Positions 48,816-59,164 of a stretch of DNA of 64,000 bases are shown here, piece by piece. Below the pieces are notes generated by a model. The model did not search any database. It saw only the letters and a list, made by a program, of their open reading frames with translations, and was not told the origin of the DNA. Position 1 is the first letter of the stretch. Each line of letters opens with the position of its first letter. Made by a program: the position numbers and the translations under genes. The stretch comes from a bacterium (GTDB taxonomy: Bacteria; UBA8248), in NCBI GenBank assembly GCA_963692865.2, contig OY843592.1, forward strand, positions 3,776,001 through 3,840,000. The letters run 5' to 3'.

Positions 48816-49778
48816 CTAGGCCTCCGCGCGCGACGTTTCATGCAGGGCGTCGAGCGCCCGTTTCTCGCGGCGGAGCACGTAGATCGCCGTAAGAACAATG
48901 AATATCATGATGACCATGACGACGTAGGACATCGCCGCGCCCTTCGATATGTCGAACGACACCCAGGTCGTGAAATAGAGATAGATGGGTATCGTCTCGG
49001 TGGCAGTGCCCGGACCTCCCTGGATGAGACCCCACGTTTTCGGAAACTCCGCCATCGCCTCCAGAAAGCGGAGGATGAGCGCCAGGAAAATGACGGGGCG
49101 CAGGAGCGGAAGCTGTATCTCGCGGAAGATCTGCAGGCGGTTCGCACCAAGGATGCGTGCGGCCTCAACAGGCTCTGTCGGCAAGGAGGAGAGGCCCGCC
49201 AGCATGATGATGAAGACGAAAGGCGTCCAGTTCCATATCTCCAGCAGAATAATCGTGAAAATTGCGACATCAGGGTTCGCCAGCCAGGTGAACTTCGAGA
49301 GGTCCCCCGGCAGGAAATAGCTCAAAAACCCGTTGATGGGTCCTTTCTCGTACAAGAGCATGTCGGCGGTGTAGGCGATGACCACGGGCACCGTCAGCAT
49401 CGGGAGTATGAAGAGAATGTAGAAGAACGCCTGCCCCCGGAAAGGCTTGTACATCAGAAGCGCCAGTGCAAAACCGCAGATGAAGCAACCCAGCGTCGAG
49501 AGGCCCGCGAACAGGAGCGAGCGCCCCATGGCCTTCCAGAAACGCTCTTCGCCCAACACCTCCTGGAACAACTCGAATCCCACGAACTCCGCGTCGAACC
49601 AGGTGGAGAGATAGACCGTCCAGGAGTGGAACGAAAAGTATATCTGCAGGAGAAACACGGGTATCAGAAACGCGAAAAGGAGAATCAGCGGAGAGAGCAC
49701 GCTCCATTTGAATACGCGCACGCCCCGGGCGCGGGTGGAGCGCCTACCCTTCGGCTGCGCTATTGTGGCCGTCGCCAT
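48816..49778 (-). CDS. Carbohydrate ABC transporter permease (MalF-like)
   Basis: WNWTPF..LAGL, EAARILGA..QIF..I.LPLL. Confidence 0.92.
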   Translation of the reverse strand: MATATIAQPKGRRSTRARGVRVFKWSVLSPLILLFAFLIPVFLLQIYFSFHSWTVYLSTWFDAEFVGFELFQEVLGEERFWKAMGRSLLFAGLSTLGCFICGFALALLMYKPFRGQAFFYILFILPMLTVPVVIAYTADMLLYEKGPINGFLSYFLPGDLSKFTWLANPDVAIFTIILLEIWNWTPFVFIIMLAGLSSLPTEPVEAARILGANRLQIFREIQLPLLRPVIFLALILRFLEAMAEFPKTWGLIQGGPGTATETIPIYLYFTTWVSFDISKGAAMSYVVMVIMIFIVLTAIYVLRREKRALDALHETSRAEA

Positions 49779-49899
49779 TCAACAAGACTCCTACGGCATC
49801 GAATGAATCGGAGCTTTCGCCGGGAAACATCCGGAAGCGATAATCGCGTCGGCGGCCGGGGCGGGCGATTACCCGCCGGCCCCGGCCGGCGAAACATGG

Positions 49900-49938
49900 A
49901 ACCTCTCCCCGGAGCCGGGCCCCGGGGAGAGGAGTTTT
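49900..49938 (-). promoter_or_regulatory. Intercistronic stem-loop after the substrate-binding gene
   Basis: CCTCTCCCCGG...CCGGGGAGAGG inverted repeat; position typical of mRNA-stabilising hairpins in ABC operons. Confidence 0.55.
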
Positions 49939-49943
49939 TCGTA

Positions 49944-51395
49944 CTACGAAGGAACGTCCACTTTCGGCATCATGGCCTTGTAGAAGGGAATCTCCCTCCT
50001 GAGCTTGCGCTTGCCGACTTTGCGGATGATCTTGGCCCACTCGTTCTGGATGTCGCCCATCACCTTCTTGGCGCCCTTCTTGCGGCCCGCGTAGGCCTCG
50101 GAGAGGTTGCGGTCGACGACTTCCTTGAACTCCTGGTAGCCGGTCACATACGGCGGCGGGCAGGTGACGAGGAGGTTGTCCTCCACGGACTTGATTCCCG
50201 GCTTGGTGTAGACCTTCGTCACCTGCGGGTCGGTCATGTGCTTGGGATGCCAGGGATCGTGGAAGGTGAACTTCGGATGGCCCACAACCTCGGCGCTGTT
50301 CTTGTAGGTGCTCATGTACATGGCCCAGGCGACGGCCTGTTTCTTGCGCGGGCTGTGCTTGTTCACGACCATGGCCATCACCGGCGCCGAGAAGGCGCGG
50401 TGGATGAGCTTGCCGGAGAACTTCGAACCCGGAACCAGGCCGTAATGCCACATGCCCCTGGTCTTGGTCTTCGCCGTGGGGCTTTCGATGAGCGCGATAA
50501 TCCCGTCCCAGTACTGGCAGGAGAAAATCTTGCCGTTGCGGATCCGGGGGATCATCTGCGGCGAACCCCAGGCGCTCGCCTCGGGGTGGGAAACCTGCTT
50601 GCGAGCAAGCCAGGTGTCGAAGGCGTATTCGGCCGCAGGCGTGTTCAGCGTGGGGTTGGCGTCGTCGTCGAACGGGAAACCGCCCGCGCTGTAGAGGTAC
50701 ATCCAGTACCAGAAGCTGCTGTTCGCCTTGTCGCGCAGGCCGCCGAAGCCGTAGAGCTCCTTGTCCGGCCTGTGGAAGTGCTTCATTACTTCGAGTTCGT
50801 CTTCCCAGGTGACGGGCCACTTGAGAGGCTTGCCGTGCTTGTCGGCGAAAGCCTTGCGCTCGTCGGGATTGTCGAACAGGTCCTTGCGGATGAACTGCGG
50901 GCAGACGTTTCCGTCCGTGGGCATCGCGTAGGTCTTGCCCTGATACTGCATGAAGGTCTCGAAGTTGCCGACCATCTTGAGGTCGAAGCCGGCGGACTTC
51001 ATATAGCCGTCGAGAGGCTCGAGCATGCCCGCCGCAGCGAGAGAGGGAATCATCATGGACTCGACGTGGAAGATGTCGAACTTGCCCGAGCGCGTGATGG
51101 CCTCGGCCATGGCGCGCTGGGGAATCTGCAGGTTGGGAACGTCGCTCACCTTGTCCATGGAGATGCCGGTGGCTTTGTTGAACTCGCGGTTCAGGTCGGG
51201 ATAGTTGCGCCAGTAGAGGCCCCACATCATTCCGTTCAGCTTGGCGCCTCCCAGCTTCTTGCCGGCCTTGATGACGGCGTCCTCCTCGGGCCCGGCCTGC
51301 GCTTTGCCCGCGCCTCCGAGAACGGCTGGACCCGCCACGGCGGTGGCCAGACCGGCTTTGAGGAGGCTTCTTCTTTTGATCTGCTTCTCGCTCAT
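49944..51395 (-). CDS. ABC extracellular solute-binding protein (family 1), Tat-exported
   Basis: Twin-arginine signal KRRSLLK; YAMPTDG, RKDLF, P.TWE; AGGAGG RBS. Confidence 0.88.
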   Translation of the reverse strand: MSEKQIKRRSLLKAGLATAVAGPAVLGGAGKAQAGPEEDAVIKAGKKLGGAKLNGMMWGLYWRNYPDLNREFNKATGISMDKVSDVPNLQIPQRAMAEAITRSGKFDIFHVESMMIPSLAAAGMLEPLDGYMKSAGFDLKMVGNFETFMQYQGKTYAMPTDGNVCPQFIRKDLFDNPDERKAFADKHGKPLKWPVTWEDELEVMKHFHRPDKELYGFGGLRDKANSSFWYWMYLYSAGGFPFDDDANPTLNTPAAEYAFDTWLARKQVSHPEASAWGSPQMIPRIRNGKIFSCQYWDGIIALIESPTAKTKTRGMWHYGLVPGSKFSGKLIHRAFSAPVMAMVVNKHSPRKKQAVAWAMYMSTYKNSAEVVGHPKFTFHDPWHPKHMTDPQVTKVYTKPGIKSVEDNLLVTCPPPYVTGYQEFKEVVDRNLSEAYAGRKKGAKKVMGDIQNEWAKIIRKVGKRKLRREIPFYKAMMPKVDVPS

Positions 51396-51732
51396 CTGGG
51401 TGTTCCTCCTTCGTTCATGGGGTAGACCGACTGGGCAAAATAAAATCCGCGTCGCGCGCTCATCGTTCGATGAGACGCCAGCCAGCGGATGCATAAACCC
51501 GCCACTCGGCCCGTATATGCAACTCATAATGCCTAGGTAACAGCGCATTGTATGGAAGCTTTGATTTTTGTCAACACGCGAAGCGAAGCATCTCCCGTTA
51601 TTTGCAGCCTTCAAACGGAAACGCATTCGGGAAGCGACGATGGCGGAAGCAAGACAAAAAACCGCCCTCCCCGGCGCGGCTCCAGAGCCGGGGAGGGCGG
51701 TCGAAACTCATCGCCTGGTCGGCGTCTGATTC

Positions 51733-52248
51733 CTAGTTCCCGCTCGCCTCCGCCGCTTCGAGCTCCGCCATCTTCTGCAAGGCCACCTTGTCCCTCAACA
51801 GGAACACCGGGCACGGCGCGCGCCTCAAGACCTGCTCGGAGACGCTGCCGATCAGGAAGCGGCTCACCATGTTGTGGCCGTGCGTTCCCATGACGAGGAG
51901 GTCGAAATCCCCCGTTTCGGCGAACTGCACGATCTCCTTCACCGGCTCGCCGAAGACGACCAGGGTCTCGATGGGCACGGCCGATTCGACCTGTTTCGTC
52001 ATCACGTCGAGATTGCTCTGCAGTTCGATTCGCGTGTCCTCCAGCAGGCGGCTCGGAGAGATGGTGCCTACGAGTTCCGCGCCGTAGCCGCCGTATTTGG
52101 CCGCGTAGTCGGGGTTTCTCGCCACATGGATGGCCATGACTTCCGCGTTTCTGTTCTCGCCGATCTCCGCCGCGACCTTCAGGACGCCCCTGCTGAGTTC
52201 GGAGAAATCCACGGCTGCCAGCACTTTCTTGGGATCGTATATTCGCAT
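51733..52248 (-). CDS. Universal stress protein
   Basis: VLAAVDFS, DLLVMGTHG, IGSVSEQVLRRAPCPV. Confidence 0.93.
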   Translation of the reverse strand: MRIYDPKKVLAAVDFSELSRGVLKVAAEIGENRNAEVMAIHVARNPDYAAKYGGYGAELVGTISPSRLLEDTRIELQSNLDVMTKQVESAVPIETLVVFGEPVKEIVQFAETGDFDLLVMGTHGHNMVSRFLIGSVSEQVLRRAPCPVFLLRDKVALQKMAELEAAEASGN

Positions 52249-52542
52249 GGCGTTTCCCTCCGATATGAAGAAATGTACGACGTCTTATTGTTCATTAACA
52301 AAATGCGGAGCCTCTGGAGGCCCCGCATTCAGGGATCGTTCTCGACTGTTCTGCCTGCGCGTCCCGCGATGGCCGTCCAGATGCCTTGCACCGGCTATCT
52401 TTTGTCATCCCCCGAGAGGCCGGCGCGTTGCTTCAGGGGACTAGACTCCATCACTCCATCAACCCCCTATGTTCTATTTCAAATATAGGCTCTCGCGCGC
52501 CATCTTTCAAGGAAAATCCGCACGCAGGCGGCCCCGCCCGCC

Positions 52543-53526
52543 TCAGTCGATCTCCACCACCACGTTGCCTACGTTCGCGAAATTCTCCATGATCTCGTGC
52601 GCCGCGGCGGTTTCCTCGAGCGAGAAGCGCGCGCCGATGTGGTGGGTGAGCGCGCCCGCCGCGCACGCGGCGTTGATGTCCGCGCAGGCCTGATCGATCG
52701 CCGCATCCGGCATCGTGTAGACGAACACCATGCGGATGGCCGTGTTCTCCGGCATCATCCGGTACCAGGGCAGAGCGGGTTCGGGGACGCGCGTGGAGCC
52801 GTAGGCGGCGACGGTCCCGTTTCCCTTGAGCACCCGTCGGGTGACGTCCAGGTTCTCGCCGAAGTCCACCTCGCAAATCCTGTCCACTCCTTCTCCGCCG
52901 GTGATCTCCATGATGCGCGCAGCGGCGTCCTCCTCGCGGTAGTTCACCACGTGGTCCGCGCCCGCATCGCGCGCGATCCGCGCCTTCTCCTCGTTGCTGA
53001 CAGTGGCGATGACGGTGGCGCCCCCCCACTTGGCGAGCTGTACGCCGTAGCGCCCCACGGCGCCCGCACCGCCGGTGACGAGCGCCGTCCGCCCCGCTAT
53101 CGGCCCGTCGAGAAAAAGCGCCCTGTGGGCCGTCATCGCCGGAATCGCCAGACACGCCCCCTGGGCGAAATCCACAGAATCCGCCAGCGGCACGGCCTGG
53201 CGCTCGGGCAGGACGATGAATTCGGCCGCCGTGCCGTAGGGCCTTTGCCACTGGCCGTTGAACACCCAGACGCGCTCGCCCACGCGAGAGGAATCCACCC
53301 CCTCGCCCGCGCTCTCGATGACGCCCGCGCCGTCCGAATGGGGGATGATTCTCGGCCAGCGCATCTCGCCGCGCGAACCCAGGCGCGCCTTGTAGTCCGA
53401 GGGATTGGCGCCCGAGGCGTGGAGCCTCACGCGCACCTCGCCCGCGCCCGGCTCGGGGGTCTCGATTTCGCCGAATTTCAGCACCTCTTTCGCCGGGCCA
53501 TACGCTTCATACCAGACGGCTCGCAT
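52543..53526 (-). CDS. NADPH:quinone reductase (zeta-crystallin-like MDR)
   Basis: SGANPSD, IPHSDGAG, GTAAE, IPAMTAH, VTGGAGAVG. Confidence 0.92.
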   Translation of the reverse strand: MRAVWYEAYGPAKEVLKFGEIETPEPGAGEVRVRLHASGANPSDYKARLGSRGEMRWPRIIPHSDGAGVIESAGEGVDSSRVGERVWVFNGQWQRPYGTAAEFIVLPERQAVPLADSVDFAQGACLAIPAMTAHRALFLDGPIAGRTALVTGGAGAVGRYGVQLAKWGGATVIATVSNEEKARIARDAGADHVVNYREEDAAARIMEITGGEGVDRICEVDFGENLDVTRRVLKGNGTVAAYGSTRVPEPALPWYRMMPENTAIRMVFVYTMPDAAIDQACADINAACAAGALTHHIGARFSLEETAAAHEIMENFANVGNVVVEID

Positions 53527-53594
53527 GATCTCTCCTTCAAGTGGCTCCATCGTTTGGAATCAAAATCAACCTGTTCCATCTTCGCTTCGTATCC

Positions 53595-54040
53595 CCGTAG
53601 GGAACGCGTATGGGGTTGTTGAAAATGCCCTCGCCGGGGGAGGTCGCCTTTAGCGGAAAGTCCGCTTCCGCGCGACCCCTCTCGTCAGAAGCAACCCCCC
53701 CTACCCCCCCTTGTGGGGTCGTTGAAAAACCCCTTGCGGGCCGGTCGGGATCCCACCGTAGGGGCCGCATATCATGCGGCCCGGCCTTTTCGCCTTCACG
53801 ATGCGGGTCGCATAATATGCGACCCCTACAATACCATCTTGAATGATGATCGTAGGGACGGACCCGTGTGTCCGCTCGACCCCGGAACAAGGTTTTTTCA
53901 ACAGCCCCTTGTCAGGGGGGTATAAAAAGGCGATGTCCCCCCGCCGAGCAGAGGGGGCGTTGCTTTTTCCTGCCCCCCTGACAAGGGGGGGTAGGGGGGG
54001 TTGCCTTTACCCTGCCAGGGAATTTTTCCAACAACCCCCG
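53595..54040. repeat. Nested MITE/REP mosaic
   Basis: Outer GGGGTTGTTGAAAA..TTTTCCAACAACCCC; inner GGGGTCGTTGAAAAA..TTTTTCAACAGCCCC inserted in a CCCCCCTTGTCAGGGGGG palindrome. Confidence 0.88.
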
Positions 54041-54130
54041 AAGGAACGCAGACCCGCAGCCCCCGCGAAACGAATCCCGCCGCCAAGCCGGAGCGTATCC
54101 ATCCTCAACGAAAATGCGCCAGGAAAACCC

Positions 54131-55249
54131 TCAAGCGGCGGCGCGTTCGCGCTCTATCATCTCCTTGACGCGGGGGATGAGGTCGCGCGCGGCGCGGCGG
54201 CATTCCTCCACGTGGGGATAGCCCGAGAGGATGAACTCGTCGATGCCCAGCCGCCAGTAGCCGAGAAGCTCCTCCGCGATTTGCTCCGACGTTCCCACGA
54301 GGGCGGAGCCGCAGTTCACCCGCACCTGGGAGATACCGTTCCAAAGATGCGGCCCGACCCGGAAATCATCGAACGCGCGCGCCTGCGCGGCGGCGCCCAC
54401 CATGCTCGTGCCGGCCACCAGCGCGCCGCGCTGGGCCTTCACGGAATCATCCGCGCGGCTGAGCAGTTCATGCGTCTCCTCCCACGCTTCGGCCTCGGAA
54501 TCTCGCATCACCAGATGGGAGCGCACCCCGAAGGCGGGCGTCCGCCCCGCCTCGGCGAAAGAGGCCCGCGCGCGCTCCAGGTGCTTTCGTGTCTCCTCCA
54601 CCGGCCCTATCCAGCCGAGATAGACGTCCGACTGCGTTCCCGCGAGCTTGAGCGCCGCGGGCGACGCGCCGCCGAGGTAGAACCTGGGCGTCTCTCCCGC
54701 CGGGCCGGGCGAGCAGTGCACGCCGTCGAGCTTCACGAATTTCCCCTCGAAGCTGATCGGCTTTGGATCCTCCCAGAGCTTGCGGATGGCGGCGATGAAC
54801 TCCTCCGCGCGCTCGTAGCGCGTGTCGTGGTCGATCCGCTCACCCATCTTCTCGAACTCGCCCTTGATGCCGCCGGGCACGACGTTCAAGTCCACGCGCC
54901 CGCCCGTTATCTGGCTGAGCGTGGCCGCCATCTGGGCGAACAGGCCCGGGTTCACGAACCCCGGACGCACGGCGACGAGGAAGCGTATCTTCTCGCTTCG
55001 CGCGGCGAGCGCCGTCACCATCGTCCAGGTCTCCGCCAGGGGCGCGCCCTGGTCGAAAAGCCCGTTGGCGAAGCGCGTGGGGATGAGCATGGAGTAGAAA
55101 TCGTTCTCCTCCGCCGCCTTGACCACCTCGCTCAGGTATTCATACGTGGGCGGGCGCTCGGCCCGCAGCGTGCCGATGTGCGCGCCGTCGCCGTCTATCG
55201 GGATGAACCAGTCGAAGCGCGGCTCCGGGCGTTCGTGATTCGATGTCAT
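54131..55249 (-). CDS. LLM-class flavin-dependent monooxygenase (SsuD-like)
   Basis: WFIPIDGDG, FLVAVRPG, GGRVDLNVV.G, YLGGAS, PHLW.G, ALVG, FILSGYPH.EE. Confidence 0.9.
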   Translation of the reverse strand: MTSNHERPEPRFDWFIPIDGDGAHIGTLRAERPPTYEYLSEVVKAAEENDFYSMLIPTRFANGLFDQGAPLAETWTMVTALAARSEKIRFLVAVRPGFVNPGLFAQMAATLSQITGGRVDLNVVPGGIKGEFEKMGERIDHDTRYERAEEFIAAIRKLWEDPKPISFEGKFVKLDGVHCSPGPAGETPRFYLGGASPAALKLAGTQSDVYLGWIGPVEETRKHLERARASFAEAGRTPAFGVRSHLVMRDSEAEAWEETHELLSRADDSVKAQRGALVAGTSMVGAAAQARAFDDFRVGPHLWNGISQVRVNCGSALVGTSEQIAEELLGYWRLGIDEFILSGYPHVEECRRAARDLIPRVKEMIERERAAA

Positions 55250-55513
55250 GCGTAAACTCCCATGCGGTTTCGGTACCGGATTCCGGCGATTCTAGTACAG
55301 ATGCGCTTGGACGGAAAAGGCCGGGGTGCGCCGCGCGGCCACTCCCCTGGTTATCATGCGCTGGCAAGGGCGGTGAACCGCTGCGGGATATAACGTAAGA
55401 ACGGAGACGAGAGAAAGGCGGCTTGGGGTGCATTTTGACTTTCCAGTCCAAAAGCGCTAGTCTCCTCATTGAGGACCCGTACTCTTTCTTACTCACCGGA
55501 GGCGGGGGGAACC

Positions 55514-55990
55514 ATGCAAAAAATCTTCGATCATTTCAAAACCAACGCCGGCGTATGGACGTTCGGGCTGTTCATGGCCGCGGTGGCGGGCGGCATCTAT
55601 CAATTCACGGTATTCATGGTCAGCGCGCAGGTCACGCCCGTCAAGGCGCGCCTCGACGCGCAAGTCGAGAGGCTCGACGCGGCGGACGGGAATACGAACG
55701 ACGCCATCGAACGCCTCGAAAAACAGATGAACGTGCGTTTCGATGGAATCAAGAAAGACATCAGGCGCAACCAGGAAGGAATCGGCCTTCTGAGAAAAGA
55801 AATAAGCGACCTGAACAAGAAAGTCGAGAGGAAAATAGATACGTTGAACAACAAGATCGACAGGCAAATCGGCCTGCTGGACCAGAAAATCGAGAAGAAA
55901 TTCGACCAGCTGGATCAGAAAATCAGCCGCCTGGACGAGAAGATGGACAAGAAGTTCAACCTCATCCTGCTAAGGCTCCCCCCGCTCTAA
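55514..55990 (+). CDS. Membrane-anchored coiled-coil hypothetical protein
   Basis: N-terminal hydrophobic helix then repeats LNKKVERKIDT/LNNKIDRQIGL/LDQKIEKKFDQ. Confidence 0.7.
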   Translation: MQKIFDHFKTNAGVWTFGLFMAAVAGGIYQFTVFMVSAQVTPVKARLDAQVERLDAADGNTNDAIERLEKQMNVRFDGIKKDIRRNQEGIGLLRKEISDLNKKVERKIDTLNNKIDRQIGLLDQKIEKKFDQLDQKISRLDEKMDKKFNLILLRLPPL

Positions 55991-56061
55991 AAATAGTTTT
56001 AAGAACCCGGTCGATGGGCGCGCCGGTCTCACGCGTCCTTCCCGACAAGACCGCATCACCC

Positions 56062-56673
56062 TCAACCCAGGGTTTCACTCAGCGACACGAGTTCATCGAG
56101 CGCCTCCCTGGCGAAACGGCTCTGGAAGACGGCCTCCGCGGAAGCCCCCGGATAGACGGCCCACAGCGCGCCATCCTCGCAGAGCAAGATGGTGGTGAGA
56201 GGCCGCAAGACAATCGCGCCCACAGTCTCGTGCGCGTCGGGCCGGTTGATCCACCGGCGGAACGAGGCTTCGCCCTCCGCCGCCAGCGTGAGTTCCGAAT
56301 CCCAGAGCGGATCGCCTGAGTGGACAGTCTGAAAACCCGGACTGCCGCTTTCATTCTCCAGACAGGCGCGCTCGGCCAGCTGGAGGCTTTCCGCTTTCTT
56401 GTGGATTCTGAACGAATGAGACGCCGCGCAGGCGACGCCTATCCGCATCGCGGCGGGGCCGGCGCGGGTTTTCGCGCGATACTCGAACCATACGCGCTTG
56501 CCCGAATACTCCCCGCTCAGGCGTCCGCCTTCGAGTCGGGCCGTGCCCGCATCCAGCAGTTCGACCAGCGGCTTCATCCGGCGGGCGAGCCGGACGTCTC
56601 GAAAGAAAACGCAGTAGACGACCGCGCCGAGAACCACCGCCAGGGCAAGGAGGCTCGGCCCGTCGATCAGCAT
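56062..56673 (-). CDS. Hypothetical protein with N-terminal membrane anchor
   Basis: 203-aa ORF overlapping the end of the VOC gene; hydrophobic N-terminus. Confidence 0.55.
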   Translation of the reverse strand: MLIDGPSLLALAVVLGAVVYCVFFRDVRLARRMKPLVELLDAGTARLEGGRLSGEYSGKRVWFEYRAKTRAGPAAMRIGVACAASHSFRIHKKAESLQLAERACLENESGSPGFQTVHSGDPLWDSELTLAAEGEASFRRWINRPDAHETVGAIVLRPLTTILLCEDGALWAVYPGASAEAVFQSRFAREALDELVSLSETLG

Positions 56674-57170
56674 TCACTTTTCCCGGCATCCCGCCAGGCG
56701 GGTCGGCTGCCGGGGAACATGTCCGAATCGTGAAAGACCTCGATGCGGTTGCCGTCCGGATCCAGGAAGTAGATGCCCTCGTGCCCGCCCCACAGGCCGT
56801 TGCTCTCATCCAAGCGCAAGGGCCCCCAGACGACCTCGATGTCGGGGCGCGAGCGGATGTAGGCCACCGCGTCGTCGAACGCCCCCTGATCCGCCACCTC
56901 GAACGCCAGGTGGTGCAGCCCCACGTCACGGCGCGGCACGGTGTCCCCGCCCTCCTCGTCCACCCAGTCCTCGGGCACGCTGAATATCGCCAACTGGTGG
57001 TGGTAGTCGTCCAGGTACATGAACGCCGAGCCGAAAGGCGCCGCCGGGTGGCTGCCCGCCTCGTGGCGCGAGCGCAGCTTGAAGCCCAGCACTTCGGAAT
57101 AGAATTTGATGGCGCGATCCAGATCCCGCACCTTTATTCCTAAGTGCTGCAAGCGGATGGAGCGAATCAT
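56667..57170 (-). CDS. VOC (glyoxalase/extradiol dioxygenase) family protein
   Basis: LQHLGIKVRDLDRAIKFY..VLG, HHQLA, GLHHLAFEV, IYFLDPDGNRIEV. Confidence 0.88.
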   Translation of the reverse strand: MIRSIRLQHLGIKVRDLDRAIKFYSEVLGFKLRSRHEAGSHPAAPFGSAFMYLDDYHHQLAIFSVPEDWVDEEGGDTVPRRDVGLHHLAFEVADQGAFDDAVAYIRSRPDIEVVWGPLRLDESNGLWGGHEGIYFLDPDGNRIEVFHDSDMFPGSRPAWRDAGKSEC

Positions 57171-57397
57171 CAAAGGCCTCCAGTGAGTATGACCCCAACA
57201 AACGAAAGCGGCGCAGGATTTCTTTCGAGAATACGCGATTTGCGCACCGGAGTCATCGACACAGGGCGTCCCCTCATGGCCGATTTGCCCGCCGCCCTTG
57301 CCGAGCCGGCCCAAGTGGAGTATTCCATGAGGGCGCGGGAACCCATATCACTCGATTCCGCAATTTCACTTGTCATCCTCGAATGGAGGTCTTCGCC

Positions 57398-58183
57398 TTG
57401 CCCATCATCACGAACGAGACAAAAAGGAAATCCTACGCCGGCGAGGTCACCCTGGGCGCGGGCGTGCGCATGGCGCGAACGGTGGAGGTCGGCCTCGCCA
57501 TGAAGGCGGCGGGCTTCGACTGGCTCTTCATCGATCTCGAACACGGCCCTTTCGACCTCGAAACCGCGCAGCAGATATCCATCGCCGCCCTGACGCAGGG
57601 CATCACGCCGCTCGTGCGCGTGGCCTCGCTCGACCCGCACCTGAGCACGCGGATTCTGGACTCAGGCGCGCAGGGCATCGTCCTGCCGCACGTGAACAAC
57701 GCGGGTGAGGCCGAGGAATTCGTGCGAATCTGCAAGTTCCCGCCCGAGGGCGGACGCAGCGCGGGCGGGGGGCTGGCCCACGGGCGCTTCGAGGCCATGG
57801 ACCCGATGGCGCTTCTGAGCGGCATCAACGACGAGACGCTGCTCGTCGCCATGATCGAGACGCCCGAAGCCGGCGATCAGGCGGACGCCATCGCCGCCGT
57901 GGAGGGAATCGACGTGCTGCTCATCGGCACTAACGACCTGAGCCTGGGAATGGGCATCGTCGGCCGGCACGACCACCCCCGCGTCAACAAGGTGTATGAC
58001 CAGGTGAACGCCGCGTGCCGGAAACACGGCAAGATAGCCGGCATGGGCGGGTCCTACGATCCCCGGATGATCGAGCGCAGAATCAAGGAGGGGATGCGCT
58101 TCATCCTATCGGGCAGCGACCTCAACTTCATGAGCGCAGGCGCCAGGGCCCAGGCGGACATGATTCGCGAACTCGCGGGCTGA
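57398..58183 (+). CDS. HpcH/HpaI aldolase family protein
   Basis: GFDWLFIDLEHG, PLVRV, LDSGAQGIVLPHV, MIET, IGTNDLS; TTG start after GGAGG (alternative ATG 57383). Confidence 0.9.
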   Translation: MPIITNETKRKSYAGEVTLGAGVRMARTVEVGLAMKAAGFDWLFIDLEHGPFDLETAQQISIAALTQGITPLVRVASLDPHLSTRILDSGAQGIVLPHVNNAGEAEEFVRICKFPPEGGRSAGGGLAHGRFEAMDPMALLSGINDETLLVAMIETPEAGDQADAIAAVEGIDVLLIGTNDLSLGMGIVGRHDHPRVNKVYDQVNAACRKHGKIAGMGGSYDPRMIERRIKEGMRFILSGSDLNFMSAGARAQADMIRELAG

Positions 58184-58241
58184 GGTTTCCGGCTGAAATC
58201 CCCATAACAATTCGCAATTTTCGAAAAACCAAGGAGAAAAA

Positions 58242-59084
58242 ATGAAACTCTTGACCTATGAATCGGACACCGGGCCACGCGTCGCCGTATTGACGGAAAA
58301 CGGCGTGGAGGACGTCGTCCCCCACACCGGCGACGCGGCGGAAGTCATCGCCCGGGGCGGGACGCCCGAAACCAGCGGCCGGCCGGTGGCGTTCGAATCC
58401 ATCAAAATGCTCGCGCCGATAGCGAAACTCGCGCGGCCCGTCATCGCCGTGGGACTCAACTACAAGAAACACGCCGACGAGGGCGCGCGCAAATACGGGC
58501 GCCCGGTGGGCGTCTACCCCGAGATTCCGGTGTTCTTCTGCAAGTGGCCGGGTTCGCACAACGGGCCCGACGGGGAGATCATAAAGCACGGGAACGTGAA
58601 CGAACTCGACTATGAGTGCGAACTCGTCATCGTGATCGGCAAGGAGGGGATCAATATCCCGCTGGATGAGGCCATGGACCACGTATACGGCTACACCATC
58701 ATGAACGAGGTCTCCGCCCGCGACGTGCAGCGCGCCCACGGCCAGTGGTTCAAGGGCAAGGCGCTCGACAGCTTCGGCCCCCTGGGCCCCTGGATCGTCA
58801 CCAGGGACGAGGCGGGCGACGGGAACAACCTGGCCGTCATCACGCGCGTGAACGGCCAGACGCGGCAGAACTCGAACACGAACGACATGATCTTCGACAT
58901 CGCCACCGTCGTCTCGGTGCTGTCCGAGAGCTTCACGCTCGTGCCCGGCGACATGATCGCCACCGGAACGCCCGAGGGCGTGGGCTTCGCCATGGACCCG
59001 CCGGGGCTTCTGAACGCCGGCGACGTGGTGGAGTGCGAGATCGAGAACATCGGCGTACTCAGGAGCACCGTCGCCGCGCCGTAA
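58242..59084 (+). CDS. Fumarylacetoacetate hydrolase family protein
   Basis: VGLNY..H, DYECEL, GYTIMNEVSARD, GKALDSFGPLGP, PGDMIATGTPEGVG. Confidence 0.92.
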   Translation: MKLLTYESDTGPRVAVLTENGVEDVVPHTGDAAEVIARGGTPETSGRPVAFESIKMLAPIAKLARPVIAVGLNYKKHADEGARKYGRPVGVYPEIPVFFCKWPGSHNGPDGEIIKHGNVNELDYECELVIVIGKEGINIPLDEAMDHVYGYTIMNEVSARDVQRAHGQWFKGKALDSFGPLGPWIVTRDEAGDGNNLAVITRVNGQTRQNSNTNDMIFDIATVVSVLSESFTLVPGDMIATGTPEGVGFAMDPPGLLNAGDVVECEIENIGVLRSTVAAP

Positions 59085-59164
59085 GATGAGGGTAATTGAC
59101 ACTGATAAAGCAGGAAGAACCACTCCCGCTTTGAGGGGCATTGCCGACTGACGCGAATGGAAGA

